From the NCBI GenBank assembly GCA_000697335.1, contig JNEM01011008.1:1-37545 (forward strand): DNA of 37,545 nucleotides, written 5' to 3'. A model generated the notes under the pieces. The model was not told the origin of the DNA. It made no database searches and saw nothing but the letters and a program-made list of their open reading frames with translations. A program made the position numbers and the translations under genes. How positions within the stretch are numbered: position 1 is the first letter of the stretch; every line of letters begins with the position of its first letter. Shown here in pieces: positions 37,417 to 37,545 of the stretch. This DNA comes from Conidiobolus incongruus B7586. Lineage: Eukaryota.

Positions 37417-37545
37417 TAGTTTTTTTGATTAAAAAATTAACTTTTTAAAATTGGTTGTTTAATTTAATCATGCTTAAACCAAATAGTGATCATCAAAAGT
37501 CTTTTATTTTAGTATCAGTAAAACTTAACCATAAACCCTCTAAAA
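37279..37545 (+). mobile_element. 5' end of a second copy of the same mariner, in opposite orientation, truncated by the window end
   Basis: Reverse complement of 36925-37181 with 10 substitutions and a longer (TA)n tract; preceded by TA (37277-78); intact ATG at 37470 reading MLKPNSDHQKSFILVSVKLNHKPSK. Confidence 0.92.

Overview
AT-rich eukaryotic DNA with mostly 45-65 nt GT-AG introns. It is most likely from an early-diverging fungus, possibly Conidiobolus-like (inferred from gene content and structure, not proven). In order, the window holds tRNA-Gly(GCC), two tandem 5-exon cytochrome P450s, a minus-strand MFS pseudogene, a PEX22-like gene, endonuclease V, DPB4/POLE3, a secreted Cys-rich protein and tRNA-Ser(UGA). 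Next comes an array of intronless ZIFL/YCR023C-like MFS transporters (3 intact and 3 decayed copies window-wide) with a probable solo LTR among them, then a WHEP-domain histidyl-tRNA synthetase and a gamma-glutamyltranspeptidase that needs a 10-nt micro-exon. The most striking signal is missing from the ORF track: a full-length ~1.3 kb DD34D mariner at 35872-37179. Its 345-codon transposase has no frameshift but 13 in-frame TAA/TAG stops. It sits head-to-head with a second, less mutated copy, and all 10 substitutions between the two are transitions at CpA or CpT. This resembles repeat-induced point mutation (RIP) acting on an animal-type transposon.
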